From: Eubacteriales bacterium
Lineage (GTDB): Bacteria; Bacillota; Clostridia; Oscillospirales; CAG-382
Reading direction: 5' to 3'
Length of the DNA: 64,000 nucleotides
Assembly: GCA_045539625.1 (NCBI GenBank)
Contig: JAZQFS010000028.1
Location: 42,750 to 106,749 of the forward strand
The notes under the pieces were generated by a model, which saw only the letters and a list, made by a program, of their open reading frames with translations, was not told the DNA's origin and searched no databases. Made by a program: the position numbers and the translations under genes. Shown here one piece after another: positions 37,384-46,180 of the stretch (its first letter is position 1; each line of letters starts with the position of its first letter).

Positions 37384-37465
37384 AAAAGAATAATATTACT
37401 TTTTCCTGCACGAATAGAAGTATACCACATCTTTTGCAAAAAATCAATAGTAATATTATTCTTTT
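37384..37465. repeat. perfect 17-bp inverted repeat (aaaagaataatattact / agtaatattattctttt) with a 48-nt spacer
   Basis: Arms at 37384-37400 and 37449-37465. The spacer carries a minus-strand promoter candidate: TTGATT (37447-37442), 17-nt spacer, TG-extended TATACT (37424-37419), pointing at the SRP RNA. Confidence 0.8.
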
Positions 37466-37481
37466 AACAATTTAGTCTTTA

Positions 37482-38438
37482 TTAAATGTTAATGCACTTT
37501 CCGCTGTCGGCAGCCTCTCTTGCTTTGAGAGCTACCTTTGTGATGTAAAGGCTTTCTTCCATGGAAACGCCCACATCCTTGCCTGAGACTCTTTCAAGGA
37601 AAAGTGCAAACACGTCCTGTTTTGGAAGCATTTCAAGCTCACGTGTACCGTTTTCGTCAATTATTGTAACCTTGCCGCATTGATATTCAACAATGCCTTT
37701 TGTGCCAACAACTCTTATTCTGTCATCGTCGTGAGTGCTTGCCGAGGACGGTCTGAAGTAGTCTGCTGTAACCGTGGCAATTGCGCCGTTTTCCATGGTG
37801 AAGATGCAGGCAGAGGTTGTTTCAAGGTCGCCGTAGCCGTTGTTTACGCTGTTGTCGGCAGTGGCGATAACGGATTTGAACTTAAGCCCGCTTGCGGCAT
37901 AAATCCAATGGATTGCGTGAATACCAACCCAAGGTATGATGCCTCCGAAGGTGTTTTTGTCCTTGAAGAAATCGGGACGAGAGCCTAATTTGTAGCTCTT
38001 TCTGCCATTGAGCATACGAATTTCTCCGATGCTCTTTACAGCTTCCCTCAAAGTCACACACCAAGCCTCATAGGTGATGCCGAACATGGCGCTGACAAAA
38101 GCCTTTGAAGCGGTGGTTTCAATCTTTTCAAGCTCCTCATAGCTTGTGGCAAGAGGTTTTTCGCTGAAAACGTAAATGTTACGCTTTAAGCATTCAATAG
38201 TATAATATGAATTAAGGTCAAATCTTGTGTTTATGATTGCAACGTCGGGACACAATGCCAAAAGCTCATCAAAAGATGCACATACGGGAGCATCAATGCC
38301 TTTGGCTGTAAGGCTGTTCTGTACGCCCTGCATATTTTCGCCGTCAAAGCCTGAAAGAACGCCGACAACCTCGTTCTTGACGATTTCTGCACCTGCATAG
38401 CCCCAGTGACCGTTACAGCCGATAATACATATCTTCAT
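37482..38438 (-). CDS. Gfo/Idh/MocA family oxidoreductase
   Basis: N-terminal Rossmann-like MKICIIGCNGHWGY; 318 aa; family-typical layout. Confidence 0.75.
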   Translation of the reverse strand: MKICIIGCNGHWGYAGAEIVKNEVVGVLSGFDGENMQGVQNSLTAKGIDAPVCASFDELLALCPDVAIINTRFDLNSYYTIECLKRNIYVFSEKPLATSYEELEKIETTASKAFVSAMFGITYEAWCVTLREAVKSIGEIRMLNGRKSYKLGSRPDFFKDKNTFGGIIPWVGIHAIHWIYAASGLKFKSVIATADNSVNNGYGDLETTSACIFTMENGAIATVTADYFRPSSASTHDDDRIRVVGTKGIVEYQCGKVTIIDENGTRELEMLPKQDVFALFLERVSGKDVGVSMEESLYITKVALKAREAADSGKCINI

Positions 38439-38449
38439 TTTATCACCAA

Positions 38450-39625
38450 TTATTCCTTTATACCGCCGAATTGTGTGTAGTTTGTCATATCAATAAGCTT
38501 GTCGGGGTTGTACAGAGAGGGCATTTCGCCTGTCTGATACGTCTTTTCAAGCATTTCCTCAAGACCTGCAACTGCCTTGCAATCATTGATAATCTCGTAC
38601 TTTTCAAAAACAGAGGGCTTGTAAAATTCGCTTACGGCGTTGATGCACTTTAAGTGGGACATTGCCGTGTCAACGGTGCAGACGGGCTTTGCATTGCCCC
38701 TTACTATGTCAAGAGCCATCCATAGCTTGTTGCTTCTGTGCTGACTTGTTGCACCGTAGCTTATTTCTCTGCCGTCCTTCATAACAGCCTTGATTGCGTT
38801 GTCGTCGCCGCATTCTTCAATATAGATTGTGCCGTTTTCAAACTCACAGCGTATTCTTGGCTGAACGTTGGTGCCGCAGGCATGAGTAGCGCAGAATTTC
38901 AGCACTGCACCGCCTGTTGTTTCAACCTGTATAAAGGCTGTGTCGTAGGTTTCGATGTCGTTTGCTCTGTAAACCGATGCACCCAGCGTTTTGGGTACGG
39001 CACAGGTGTCAATTTTGTCACCTAACATGAAAAACATATTGTGCAGATAGTGTGCACAGGCGTTCATTGCAATGCTGTCAAGGAGAATCTTGCCGTCAAT
39101 TGTAGCCTTTGCCGCCCAGGGACGTGCAAAATATACGCTGTTTCTGGGCCAACAGATTGTTGCAACCATCTCACGGCACTTGCCGAATACGCCGTCAATT
39201 ATATCCTGCTTCATTTTGAGAATACTCGGCGCGTGGGAAAGCTGGAAGCCGATGCTTAAGTTTCTGCCTGTCTTTTCGGCACATGCCTTCATTCTTTCTG
39301 CTTCCTGTATTGTGGGAGAGGTGGGCTTTTCGCACATTACGTCGCTTCCGTGTTCCATACAGTAGCAGCACTGGTCTGCGTGAAGGTGTATGGGGGTTGA
39401 GATTATCGCAAGGTCAGCCGAGTGCTTTGCATAAAATTCCTCAAGAGTGCTGTAAACGGGAATTTTACGTTCTTCAATTCTGTCCTTGAGTCTGCTGTTT
39501 TGCATAAAAGGCTCGACAATGCCTTCCACATAACAGCCTCTCTGTTGGCCTTCATTAAGAATGGGTTCGGCTGAAACAGCACCGTAGCCGCCGACTCCCA
39601 CAAGGAGAATGGAAATGTTTTTCAT
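38450..39625 (-). CDS. Gfo/Idh/MocA family oxidoreductase
   Basis: N-terminal ISILLVGVGGYG dinucleotide-binding motif, EKP motif (MCEKPTS); 391 aa. Confidence 0.8.
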   Translation of the reverse strand: MKNISILLVGVGGYGAVSAEPILNEGQQRGCYVEGIVEPFMQNSRLKDRIEERKIPVYSTLEEFYAKHSADLAIISTPIHLHADQCCYCMEHGSDVMCEKPTSPTIQEAERMKACAEKTGRNLSIGFQLSHAPSILKMKQDIIDGVFGKCREMVATICWPRNSVYFARPWAAKATIDGKILLDSIAMNACAHYLHNMFFMLGDKIDTCAVPKTLGASVYRANDIETYDTAFIQVETTGGAVLKFCATHACGTNVQPRIRCEFENGTIYIEECGDDNAIKAVMKDGREISYGATSQHRSNKLWMALDIVRGNAKPVCTVDTAMSHLKCINAVSEFYKPSVFEKYEIINDCKAVAGLEEMLEKTYQTGEMPSLYNPDKLIDMTNYTQFGGIKE

Positions 39626-39658
39626 ATGTATACGACCTTTCGTTATTAAATGTCGGCT

Positions 39659-41386
39659 TTATTTTGTGTAAGTATCAATTTTGTTAAAGTCCATTACATA
39701 GGTCTTGCCGCCTGAGATTACTTCAACCACACCCTCACCCCATACGGATTTTACCCAAGGAGTGTCATACACGTTGGCATAGGGATATGCGTTTTCCTTG
39801 CCGTCCACGGTATTGTGGAAAGGTCTTGAAACGCTGAGGTTGTCAAATTCAAACACCATGTTGTCTTCGTCAAAGCTGATGTGAAGCTTTTTCATTGCTT
39901 CGATAAATGCATCAAAGCTGCCGTAGTCCTTTTCAAGTCCCACTCTTACCGCCCATGCGTTCTTTCTGCCCACGGATTTGATTTCGTCACGTCCGAATTC
40001 GCTTTCAACGCCTACAGAATAGGGCTTTGCAACGTAAACAAATACGTAGCGGCAGTCCTTCTTTAAGAATACACCGTTTGTCTCATACTTTATTGCATCG
40101 TACTTGTGAGGCTCAAAGAACATATGGGTGTAGTCGTCCTCTTTTTCCTTTTCGATGTTGTAAACGGTAATGCAGGTGTCCTTTGTGGCATAGGAGTTGT
40201 TGCAGCAGCAGTGAATGTCACCTGTCCATCTGTTGTGCTCGCCGCAGTGACCGGGGTGATGTGAGAAAAGCTTTGTTGCCTCAACCTCGTCTTCACAGGG
40301 GAGCCAGAGTGTCCACTCAACCTGCTGGTGATGGGCATAACCGCCGTCATAGGGGTACTTTTCGGGATAAAAGTCCTGATGGTTGATTGCGCCTATTGTG
40401 TATTCGTCACAGAGATAGGTGTATTTATTAATACAGCCTGCCTTATTGATATCGTCTAATTTTTCCCAATCGGGAGTATTGCCTTCCCAGGCATACATTG
40501 AGTGGAGATTCTTTCTCTCGTAAACCTCGCAAGGGTACTGTCTTTGGCGGTAAGTGTCAAGCACCCATTCATCGGGGAATGCGGGAGCAATGACAAAGTT
40601 TAAGTTATAACAAGGCTCCATATCAATGTACTGCTTTCTGAAGCGTTCCTTTGCGGTGCTTGTATAAGGACCGGGATAGCTTCTTCCTCTTGCACCTGCA
40701 CTGTAGCCGAACTTGTCGATGTTGTTGAACATTTCAAGGGCGATAAGGTTAACCATCATATGACCGAGAGACTGTATTTCTTTGTCCTCGGCATAGCAGT
40801 CAAGCATTGAAACCATCATCATATCTTCGCCCAGATAGCCTGATGAGTCAAATTCACCGAAGCCGTACTTTGCACGCCATGAAAGAAAGTCAATAAGCCA
40901 CTTTTTGTCAATTGCAAGTGCTTCTTCAGCCGTAAGTCCGTACTGCTTGAAGGTTTCGCCCTTGTAGAACTGTGCGGCAAGATAACGGGCGATGTGCATC
41001 ATCATATGGTGATTTTCGCTTCCGTACATACTTGTAAAGTCTCTTTCAAGTAAAAACTGCTTTACAAGACGCTTTGTTTCGTCTTCGTATTTGTCGTAGC
41101 ACAGATAAAGACTTGTTGCAAGGCGAATTGCCGCAAAGTCATTTTCACCTCTCACATCTCTGCCGTGAATATGGGGAAGGTCCATATACAAAGCAGTTCT
41201 GCGGATACAAGCGTTTGCGTTTGCTCTTTCCTTGTCGCCCATAAGTGAAACGATACTTTTGTGACCGTAAAGGTCGCAGTTGTCGGGGTCTTCTACCACA
41301 ACACCGTTTTCGACAAGAGGGAGCTCAATTTCCTCCACGCACATTTCGAGACATTTTTTCAGTAATTCTTTTACGCTTTCTTTCAT
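39659..41386 (-). CDS. hypothetical cytoplasmic protein, possibly heparinase II/III-like (polysaccharide lyase fold)
   Basis: ATG at 41386 follows AAGGAGA; the ORF-track start at 41461 is an extension. No signal peptide. His/Cys-rich stretch HHPGHCGEHNRWTGDIHCCCNNSY. The functional call is weak and rests on vague resemblance only. Confidence 0.45.
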   Translation of the reverse strand: MKESVKELLKKCLEMCVEEIELPLVENGVVVEDPDNCDLYGHKSIVSLMGDKERANANACIRRTALYMDLPHIHGRDVRGENDFAAIRLATSLYLCYDKYEDETKRLVKQFLLERDFTSMYGSENHHMMMHIARYLAAQFYKGETFKQYGLTAEEALAIDKKWLIDFLSWRAKYGFGEFDSSGYLGEDMMMVSMLDCYAEDKEIQSLGHMMVNLIALEMFNNIDKFGYSAGARGRSYPGPYTSTAKERFRKQYIDMEPCYNLNFVIAPAFPDEWVLDTYRQRQYPCEVYERKNLHSMYAWEGNTPDWEKLDDINKAGCINKYTYLCDEYTIGAINHQDFYPEKYPYDGGYAHHQQVEWTLWLPCEDEVEATKLFSHHPGHCGEHNRWTGDIHCCCNNSYATKDTCITVYNIEKEKEDDYTHMFFEPHKYDAIKYETNGVFLKKDCRYVFVYVAKPYSVGVESEFGRDEIKSVGRKNAWAVRVGLEKDYGSFDAFIEAMKKLHISFDEDNMVFEFDNLSVSRPFHNTVDGKENAYPYANVYDTPWVKSVWGEGVVEVISGGKTYVMDFNKIDTYTK

Positions 41387-41426
41387 AGTGAATTTCTCCT
41401 TTTCCACCAAATAATACCACATATTA

Positions 41427-41455
41427 ATTATAATACTTGCGTTTTTTGATTTCAA
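41427..41455 (-). promoter_or_regulatory. consensus-like sigma-A promoter for the three-gene operon 41386-37482
   Basis: Minus strand: TTGAAA (41455-41450), 17-nt spacer, TATAAT (41432-41427). Confidence 0.6.
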
Positions 41456-41489
41456 CAACAATTGAACTTGTTTTCACCTGTTTATACAA

Positions 41490-41966
41490 TTATTGCACCA
41501 TCAGGTATATATTTTCCTCGGAATGAACAAGCTTGTCGCCTTCGTAAACAAGCTTCAGCGAGAAAAACGGCACGTTGTCTTCAAGAAGCTTAAAAAAGAT
41601 TTTGTCGCCTTCCCATATTGGCAGGCTGTATACATCTTTTTTGTCAACCCATTCAAGAGTGCCCTCGTCACATTCTTTAAGCTCTCCCGAAAAATCACAG
41701 CCTGTAAAAAGATGCATATACTCCGTGATGTCGCCGTAAACAAAGGTTACAATGCCTCGGTAACGCAGATTGCTTGCCGTAAGTCCCGTTTCTTCGAGTG
41801 TTTCACGCTTTGCACATTCTTCGGGGCTTTCTCCGAACTCAAATTTTCCGCCTACTCCCAACCATTTGTCTTTGTTTAAATCCTTTTCCTTTTTTACTCT
41901 GTGGAGCATAAGATACCTGCCGTCTTTTTCAAGGTAAACAAGACTTGAATTTATAACAGTATTCAA
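41490..41966 (-). CDS. Nudix hydrolase (MutT-like)
   Basis: Nudix box GGKFEFGESPEECAKRETLEETG. Confidence 0.85.
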   Translation of the reverse strand: MNTVINSSLVYLEKDGRYLMLHRVKKEKDLNKDKWLGVGGKFEFGESPEECAKRETLEETGLTASNLRYRGIVTFVYGDITEYMHLFTGCDFSGELKECDEGTLEWVDKKDVYSLPIWEGDKIFFKLLEDNVPFFSLKLVYEGDKLVHSEENIYLMVQ

Positions 41967-42415
41967 TTTTCTTCCTCCAAAAACTCCAATATTTCCTCCA
42001 CCTGCTTTTCGGAGAACACCCTTATTCCGTGTTCCTTCACAAGAGAAGCCGTAATGCCGTCTCCGTCTGTCAGCTTTCCCGAAAATGTACCGTCATAAAC
42101 CCAACCGCTTCCGCAGGAGGGACTTTTGGCTTTGAGGATTGCAGCCTTACAGCCGTGTTTCAATGCTGTATCAAGAGCTGCTTTTGCACCTTTGCGGAAA
42201 TTATCCGTAACATCTGTGCCGTCCGACATATAAACTCTGCCGTCACGTATCTCGCTTGGAAGCCTCGGCGTGGGCAAGCCGCCCGATACCTCGGGACATA
42301 CGTCGATGAGACTGCACTTTTCCTTTATCCTGTCCAATTGCCCGATGCTGTTTCCTTTGCCGTCGTATCGGCACTTTTCTCCCAACAGACATCGGCTTAT
42401 AAGTATGTTTATCAA
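41963..42415 (-). CDS. DUF523 (YbbK/TudS-like, putative Fe-S thiouracil desulfurase family) protein
   Basis: SRCLLGEKCRYDGKGN and CPEVSGGLPTPR motifs. TTG start after GGGAGG. 4-nt overlap with the Nudix gene. Confidence 0.78.
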   Translation of the reverse strand: MINILISRCLLGEKCRYDGKGNSIGQLDRIKEKCSLIDVCPEVSGGLPTPRLPSEIRDGRVYMSDGTDVTDNFRKGAKAALDTALKHGCKAAILKAKSPSCGSGWVYDGTFSGKLTDGDGITASLVKEHGIRVFSEKQVEEILEFLEEEN

Positions 42416-42596
42416 TTTCTGACCTCCCGACTGTCAGGAGCGTAAAACTCTGTTTTTGTTTTCTTGCCTCAATTGTATAATAAGAATCAGGAAAATGCTA
42501 TAATAATGTTGCTTTGTTTTATGTAAATCTTGCTTTTCGGACTTTTGCGTGCAGCCTTTTGCGGGGGTGCCTTCCTGTATTGCACGCAAGATAAGT

Positions 42597-43475
42597 CTAC
42601 GCCCGTTTTGTGTTGAGAAGAATAATTGCAAAAAGAGTCAAAGCGATGCCGAAAACCATGGGAAGCGTCATACTCTCGCCCATAAAAAAGCCGAAAACAC
42701 ACGCCGAAACAGGCTCGGCATATGCCATAATGGACGCCTTGGACGGGCTTGTACCCGACAAACCCTTTGTGTACAGTAAAAAGGGAAGAACAGCCGTTAT
42801 AAGTCCCGTGGCTACTATTGCGAGAATAAGAAGCGAGGGCTTTTCAACCTGACATGCTGTTTTGCCAAGGTTTGTGACAAAAGCGAGAATGACAGAAGAA
42901 AGTCCTGCAAAAAAGAATGAGTAAAAGGTAACGGTATAGGGGTGATGCTTTTTAAGGGCAACAGTTCCGAAAATGCTGTAAAGAGCATAGGCAATACCAG
43001 AAAGCACGCCGAAAACAAGACCGCCGGGAGTTGAATAACCGGGCTCGGAAATACTTACAAGACAGCAGCCCGCAAAGGCTATAACAAGACATATAACCTT
43101 GTGAAGCGTCAGCTTTTCGCCCAGAAAAATGCAGGACAGCAGCATAACGATAAAGGGCGCGGTGTAAAGCAAAACCGCCGAAATTGACATTGAAGTGCCG
43201 CTGCTTATTGAAGCAAAGTAAAACACGGTCATAAGAAAAATGCTGAGTATTCCGTTGCACATCAGAAGAATTGTATCCTTTGCTTTTATTTTAAGCAGTG
43301 ACCTGTCATAAAAAAGCAGAAATAAAAATAAAATTACCGCCGCACTCATCATACGCAGACTTGCCGCCTGAAGTGAATCAAAGCCGAAAAAGTCGGTGAG
43401 AAGATGGACGAAAACACCCATGCTTCCCCACAGTATTCCTGCAAGTAAAATAAGAATTGAATTTTTAAGTTTCAC
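42597..43475 (-). CDS. EamA/DMT superfamily transporter
   Basis: 292 aa, 10 TM helices in two EamA-like halves. Confidence 0.8.
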   Translation of the reverse strand: MKLKNSILILLAGILWGSMGVFVHLLTDFFGFDSLQAASLRMMSAAVILFLFLLFYDRSLLKIKAKDTILLMCNGILSIFLMTVFYFASISSGTSMSISAVLLYTAPFIVMLLSCIFLGEKLTLHKVICLVIAFAGCCLVSISEPGYSTPGGLVFGVLSGIAYALYSIFGTVALKKHHPYTVTFYSFFFAGLSSVILAFVTNLGKTACQVEKPSLLILAIVATGLITAVLPFLLYTKGLSGTSPSKASIMAYAEPVSACVFGFFMGESMTLPMVFGIALTLFAIILLNTKRA

Positions 43476-43497
43476 CTTTTACACCTCTTGTGTTTTG

Positions 43498-44352
43498 TTA
43501 CAGTCTTGTTCTGACAAAGCCGCATTTTTTGCAGTATTCTTCGACTGCCTTGCCTTGTCTGAAGCCCTCGGCAATGGCGGTGGCTCTGGGTGAGGAAATT
43601 ATATCCTCAAGCTTGTCCGTAAAAATGTTTCCCAAGGTTATTGCACCGTCGCAGTCAATACAGCAAGGAACAACCCTGCCGTCCACCAGCACGCCTATCT
43701 GGTCACGTAAACCGTAGCAGTTGATTTTTCCGCTGCATACGTTGTTTTCACGCCATTCAAATCGCTCCGCAAATTCTAAGAACAGCTTGTCTTTTATGCG
43801 AAAGCCCTTGGTATTTTCCTGCCATATATGGGGAAATTTTTGCTTGAGTAAGTCGAGAATTTTGCCGTTAAGCTTGTTTTCTCCGTACTTTTCCTCTTTG
43901 TCGCCGTTCCACAGACGCAGAACGCAGATTTTTCCGTGCTTGCTCATTTTTTCTGCAAAATCAAAGCAGGTATCAAGATACTTGTCAAAATCAATTCCGC
44001 TGTTGGCTTCAAAGGCATGAAGAGAAATATTTACCTTGTGAAGAGCCTTGCTTTTAAGAAGAATGTCCTTAACCTTGTCAAGAAGCGTGCCGTTGGTGGT
44101 GATTATCACCTTAAAGTCAAGCTCTCGGCATATTTCAAGAAGGGCGTCAAGGTGGGGGTGCAAAGTGGGCTCGCCCAGAATGTGAAGATATAAGTATCCC
44201 GTAACACTCCTCAGCTTTTGTGCCGCAATTCTGAAATTCTCCCGGGAAATAAAGCTTTTTTCCCTTTCCGTACCCTTGCAGAAGGAGCAGCGGAGATTGC
44301 ACACATTTGTTATTTCAAGGTATGCTTTGTTGAAGATTTGCTTTTCACTCAT
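43498..44352 (-). CDS. radical SAM protein with a C-terminal SPASM/twitch-like Cys cluster
   Basis: CNLRCSFC near the N-terminus; C-terminal VVPCCIDCDG...CKKCG. Confidence 0.8.
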   Translation of the reverse strand: MSEKQIFNKAYLEITNVCNLRCSFCKGTEREKSFISRENFRIAAQKLRSVTGYLYLHILGEPTLHPHLDALLEICRELDFKVIITTNGTLLDKVKDILLKSKALHKVNISLHAFEANSGIDFDKYLDTCFDFAEKMSKHGKICVLRLWNGDKEEKYGENKLNGKILDLLKQKFPHIWQENTKGFRIKDKLFLEFAERFEWRENNVCSGKINCYGLRDQIGVLVDGRVVPCCIDCDGAITLGNIFTDKLEDIISSPRATAIAEGFRQGKAVEEYCKKCGFVRTRL

Positions 44353-45211
44353 GGCTTCTCCTTTTAAGTATCACCGACGGGAATGTTCCTGAATGTCCGC
44401 CGCTTGCTCTGTGTGAGAAAAATTCATCTTTGCCGCAACAGGTGCACATTCCCGATAAGTCAATGTTTTCTTCAGGCACACCCATATGCATAAGCAAGGT
44501 CTTGTTTATAAGCGGAAGATTTGCGTGGAGTGTTGATTTCAAAGAGCAGACACAGCCATTGCTGAACATTTCGTTTGTTTTATCTGACATATTTTTGGAT
44601 TCAAAAAGACGTGCTGCGGCATCATACACTTCCTGTCCCACCTCATAACAGCAAACGCCGACGGAAGGACCTACGGCACACAGCAAATCCCACGGATTGC
44701 ACTTCGTTTTCTTTGCCGCAACCGTTACAATGTCGCTGACCGTACCTCTCCAGCCTGCGTGAACTGCGGCAACATTGCCCGTTCTTTTATCCGCAAGCAG
44801 AATGGGAACACAGTCTGCGGTTTTGACGGCGACAGCATCTATATTTGTTGAAGCTTCGTTTATAACAAGTCCGTCACAGCCGTCAAGTGCATCAAGCACG
44901 GGATTTATTCCTCTGCCTGCAAGGCTGTCATCAACATACAGAACGGTGTTTTCGTGCACCTGTGTTGTTCCAACCGCACGAAAAGGCGTTGTTCCCAGCA
45001 CCGAAAGGGCACGCCTGTAGTTTTCAAATACGTTGTCGGGGCTGTCACTTTTTCCGTTATTGTCCTTGCGTGCAGTGCTGACGTTAAGGGATGAAAAGTC
45101 ACCGCTGCTTACACCGCCGTATCTTGTGAAAAAACCGTGGATAAAGCCGTTGTCTGTCAAAAGCTTGCTTGTGTAATACTTGCAGCCGTTCTTTTCGTTT
45201 TCCGTGAACAC
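44345..45211 (-). CDS. pgeF: peptidoglycan editing factor PgeF (YfiH/DUF152 laccase-domain protein)
   Basis: QVHENTV, TADCVPILL and HAGWRGT motifs. Confidence 0.85.
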   Translation of the reverse strand: MFTENEKNGCKYYTSKLLTDNGFIHGFFTRYGGVSSGDFSSLNVSTARKDNNGKSDSPDNVFENYRRALSVLGTTPFRAVGTTQVHENTVLYVDDSLAGRGINPVLDALDGCDGLVINEASTNIDAVAVKTADCVPILLADKRTGNVAAVHAGWRGTVSDIVTVAAKKTKCNPWDLLCAVGPSVGVCCYEVGQEVYDAAARLFESKNMSDKTNEMFSNGCVCSLKSTLHANLPLINKTLLMHMGVPEENIDLSGMCTCCGKDEFFSHRASGGHSGTFPSVILKRRSHE

Positions 45212-45351
45212 ACAAATTCCCCCTTATAAGCTTCACATTAATATATTAACGCAAGAATGTGAATATTTAAAGGGAAAAATAAATTTTTGGTACAATATAT
45301 TCTGCTGTTGACGGAGCATAAAAGAAAAAACAACTTTTTTCAAAAAAGTAC

Positions 45352-45380
45352 TTGACAAACAGAAAAGTTTGTGCTAATAT
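45352..45380 (+). promoter_or_regulatory. sigma-A promoter of the rplJL operon
   Basis: TTGACA (45352-45357), 17-nt spacer, TAATAT (45375-45380). Confidence 0.65.
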
Positions 45381-45386
45381 ACTCGT

Positions 45387-45580
45387 GTTGACCTGAGAAA
45401 ACAGGTGGCGTGACGGTGCAGAAGCGTCGTCAGTAGCTATAATGTGCCTTGGAAAAGCACGCCTGTCGAGGAAGATGTAATATATGGAATATAGTAGTAT
45501 TATGCTTATATATTCTCCCTACATTGTCCTTTTTCTATGGTCGAAAAAAGGGCATTTTTTATTTGGGAGGTGAAACAGAT
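45387..45580 (+). promoter_or_regulatory. ribosomal protein L10 leader-like autoregulatory 5' UTR with attenuator
   Basis: ACAGGTGGCGTG...CACGCCTGTCGAGG helix resembles the L10(L12)4 binding-site mimic. A terminator-like hairpin tcctttttc/gaaaaaagg (45527-45551) plus T-run sits just before the RBS. Confidence 0.55.
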
Positions 45581-46102
45581 ATGCCAAGCGCAAAGATTCT
45601 CGAACAGAAGCAGCAGATGGTAGCAGAGCTCGCAGAGAAGATGAAGAACGCTAAGAGCGGCGTTATCGTTGACTATTGCGGCATTACTGTTGAAAAGGAC
45701 ACAGCACTCAGAGCTGAGCTCCGTAAGGCAGGCGTTGACTACACTGTTATTAAGAACACATACATCAAGAAGGCAGCAGATATCGCAGGTATCAGCGGTT
45801 TCGAACCCTATCTCGAAGGTATGACAGCTTTCGCACTCAGCACAGAAGATCCCCTTGCACCCGCAAAGGTTCTCTGCAAGTTTGCAGAAAGCAACGAGAA
45901 CTTCAAGGTTAAGGTAGGTATGATGGACGGCGAAGTTATGTCCGCAGAGGAAGTAACAGCACTCTCCAAGATTCCTTCCAAGGAAGTTCTTATCGGAAAG
46001 ATCCTCGGAAGCATCCAGGGTCCTCTCTACGGTCTTGCTTATGTACTTCAGGCAAAGATCGACAAAGAAGGCGGCGTAGCAGAAGAAGCAGCTGCAGAAT
46101 AA
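45581..46102 (+). CDS. rplJ: 50S ribosomal protein L10
   Basis: ATG at 45581 follows GGGAGGTG. MPSAKILEQKQQMVAEL... is typical L10. The ORF-track start at 45449 is an extension into the leader. Confidence 0.93.
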   Translation: MPSAKILEQKQQMVAELAEKMKNAKSGVIVDYCGITVEKDTALRAELRKAGVDYTVIKNTYIKKAADIAGISGFEPYLEGMTAFALSTEDPLAPAKVLCKFAESNENFKVKVGMMDGEVMSAEEVTALSKIPSKEVLIGKILGSIQGPLYGLAYVLQAKIDKEGGVAEEAAAE

Positions 46103-46180
46103 GCCGGAGTCGTCAGGGCTTTATAAATAATAAGACGGCATAAATAATTTAAATTTAGACATTATCGGAGGTATATTGAA

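Noticed and set aside
42545-42589. 9-bp stem (ttgcgtgca / tgcacgcaa) with a 27-nt loop, just after the DMT transporter stop
   Set aside because: No U-tract follows on either strand and there is no promoter. It is most simply a 3' stabilising hairpin, and there is not enough evidence to call it an RNA gene.
45449-45580. N-terminal extensions offered by the ORF track (rplJ from 45449; also the SLH gene from 46296, the orphan gene from 34489, the lyase-like gene from 41461, and ecfA1 from 10571)
   Set aside because: The extensions run through a leader or terminator or overlap upstream genes. In each case an internal ATG or GTG with a good Shine-Dalgarno sequence yields the conserved N-terminus or a signal peptide.
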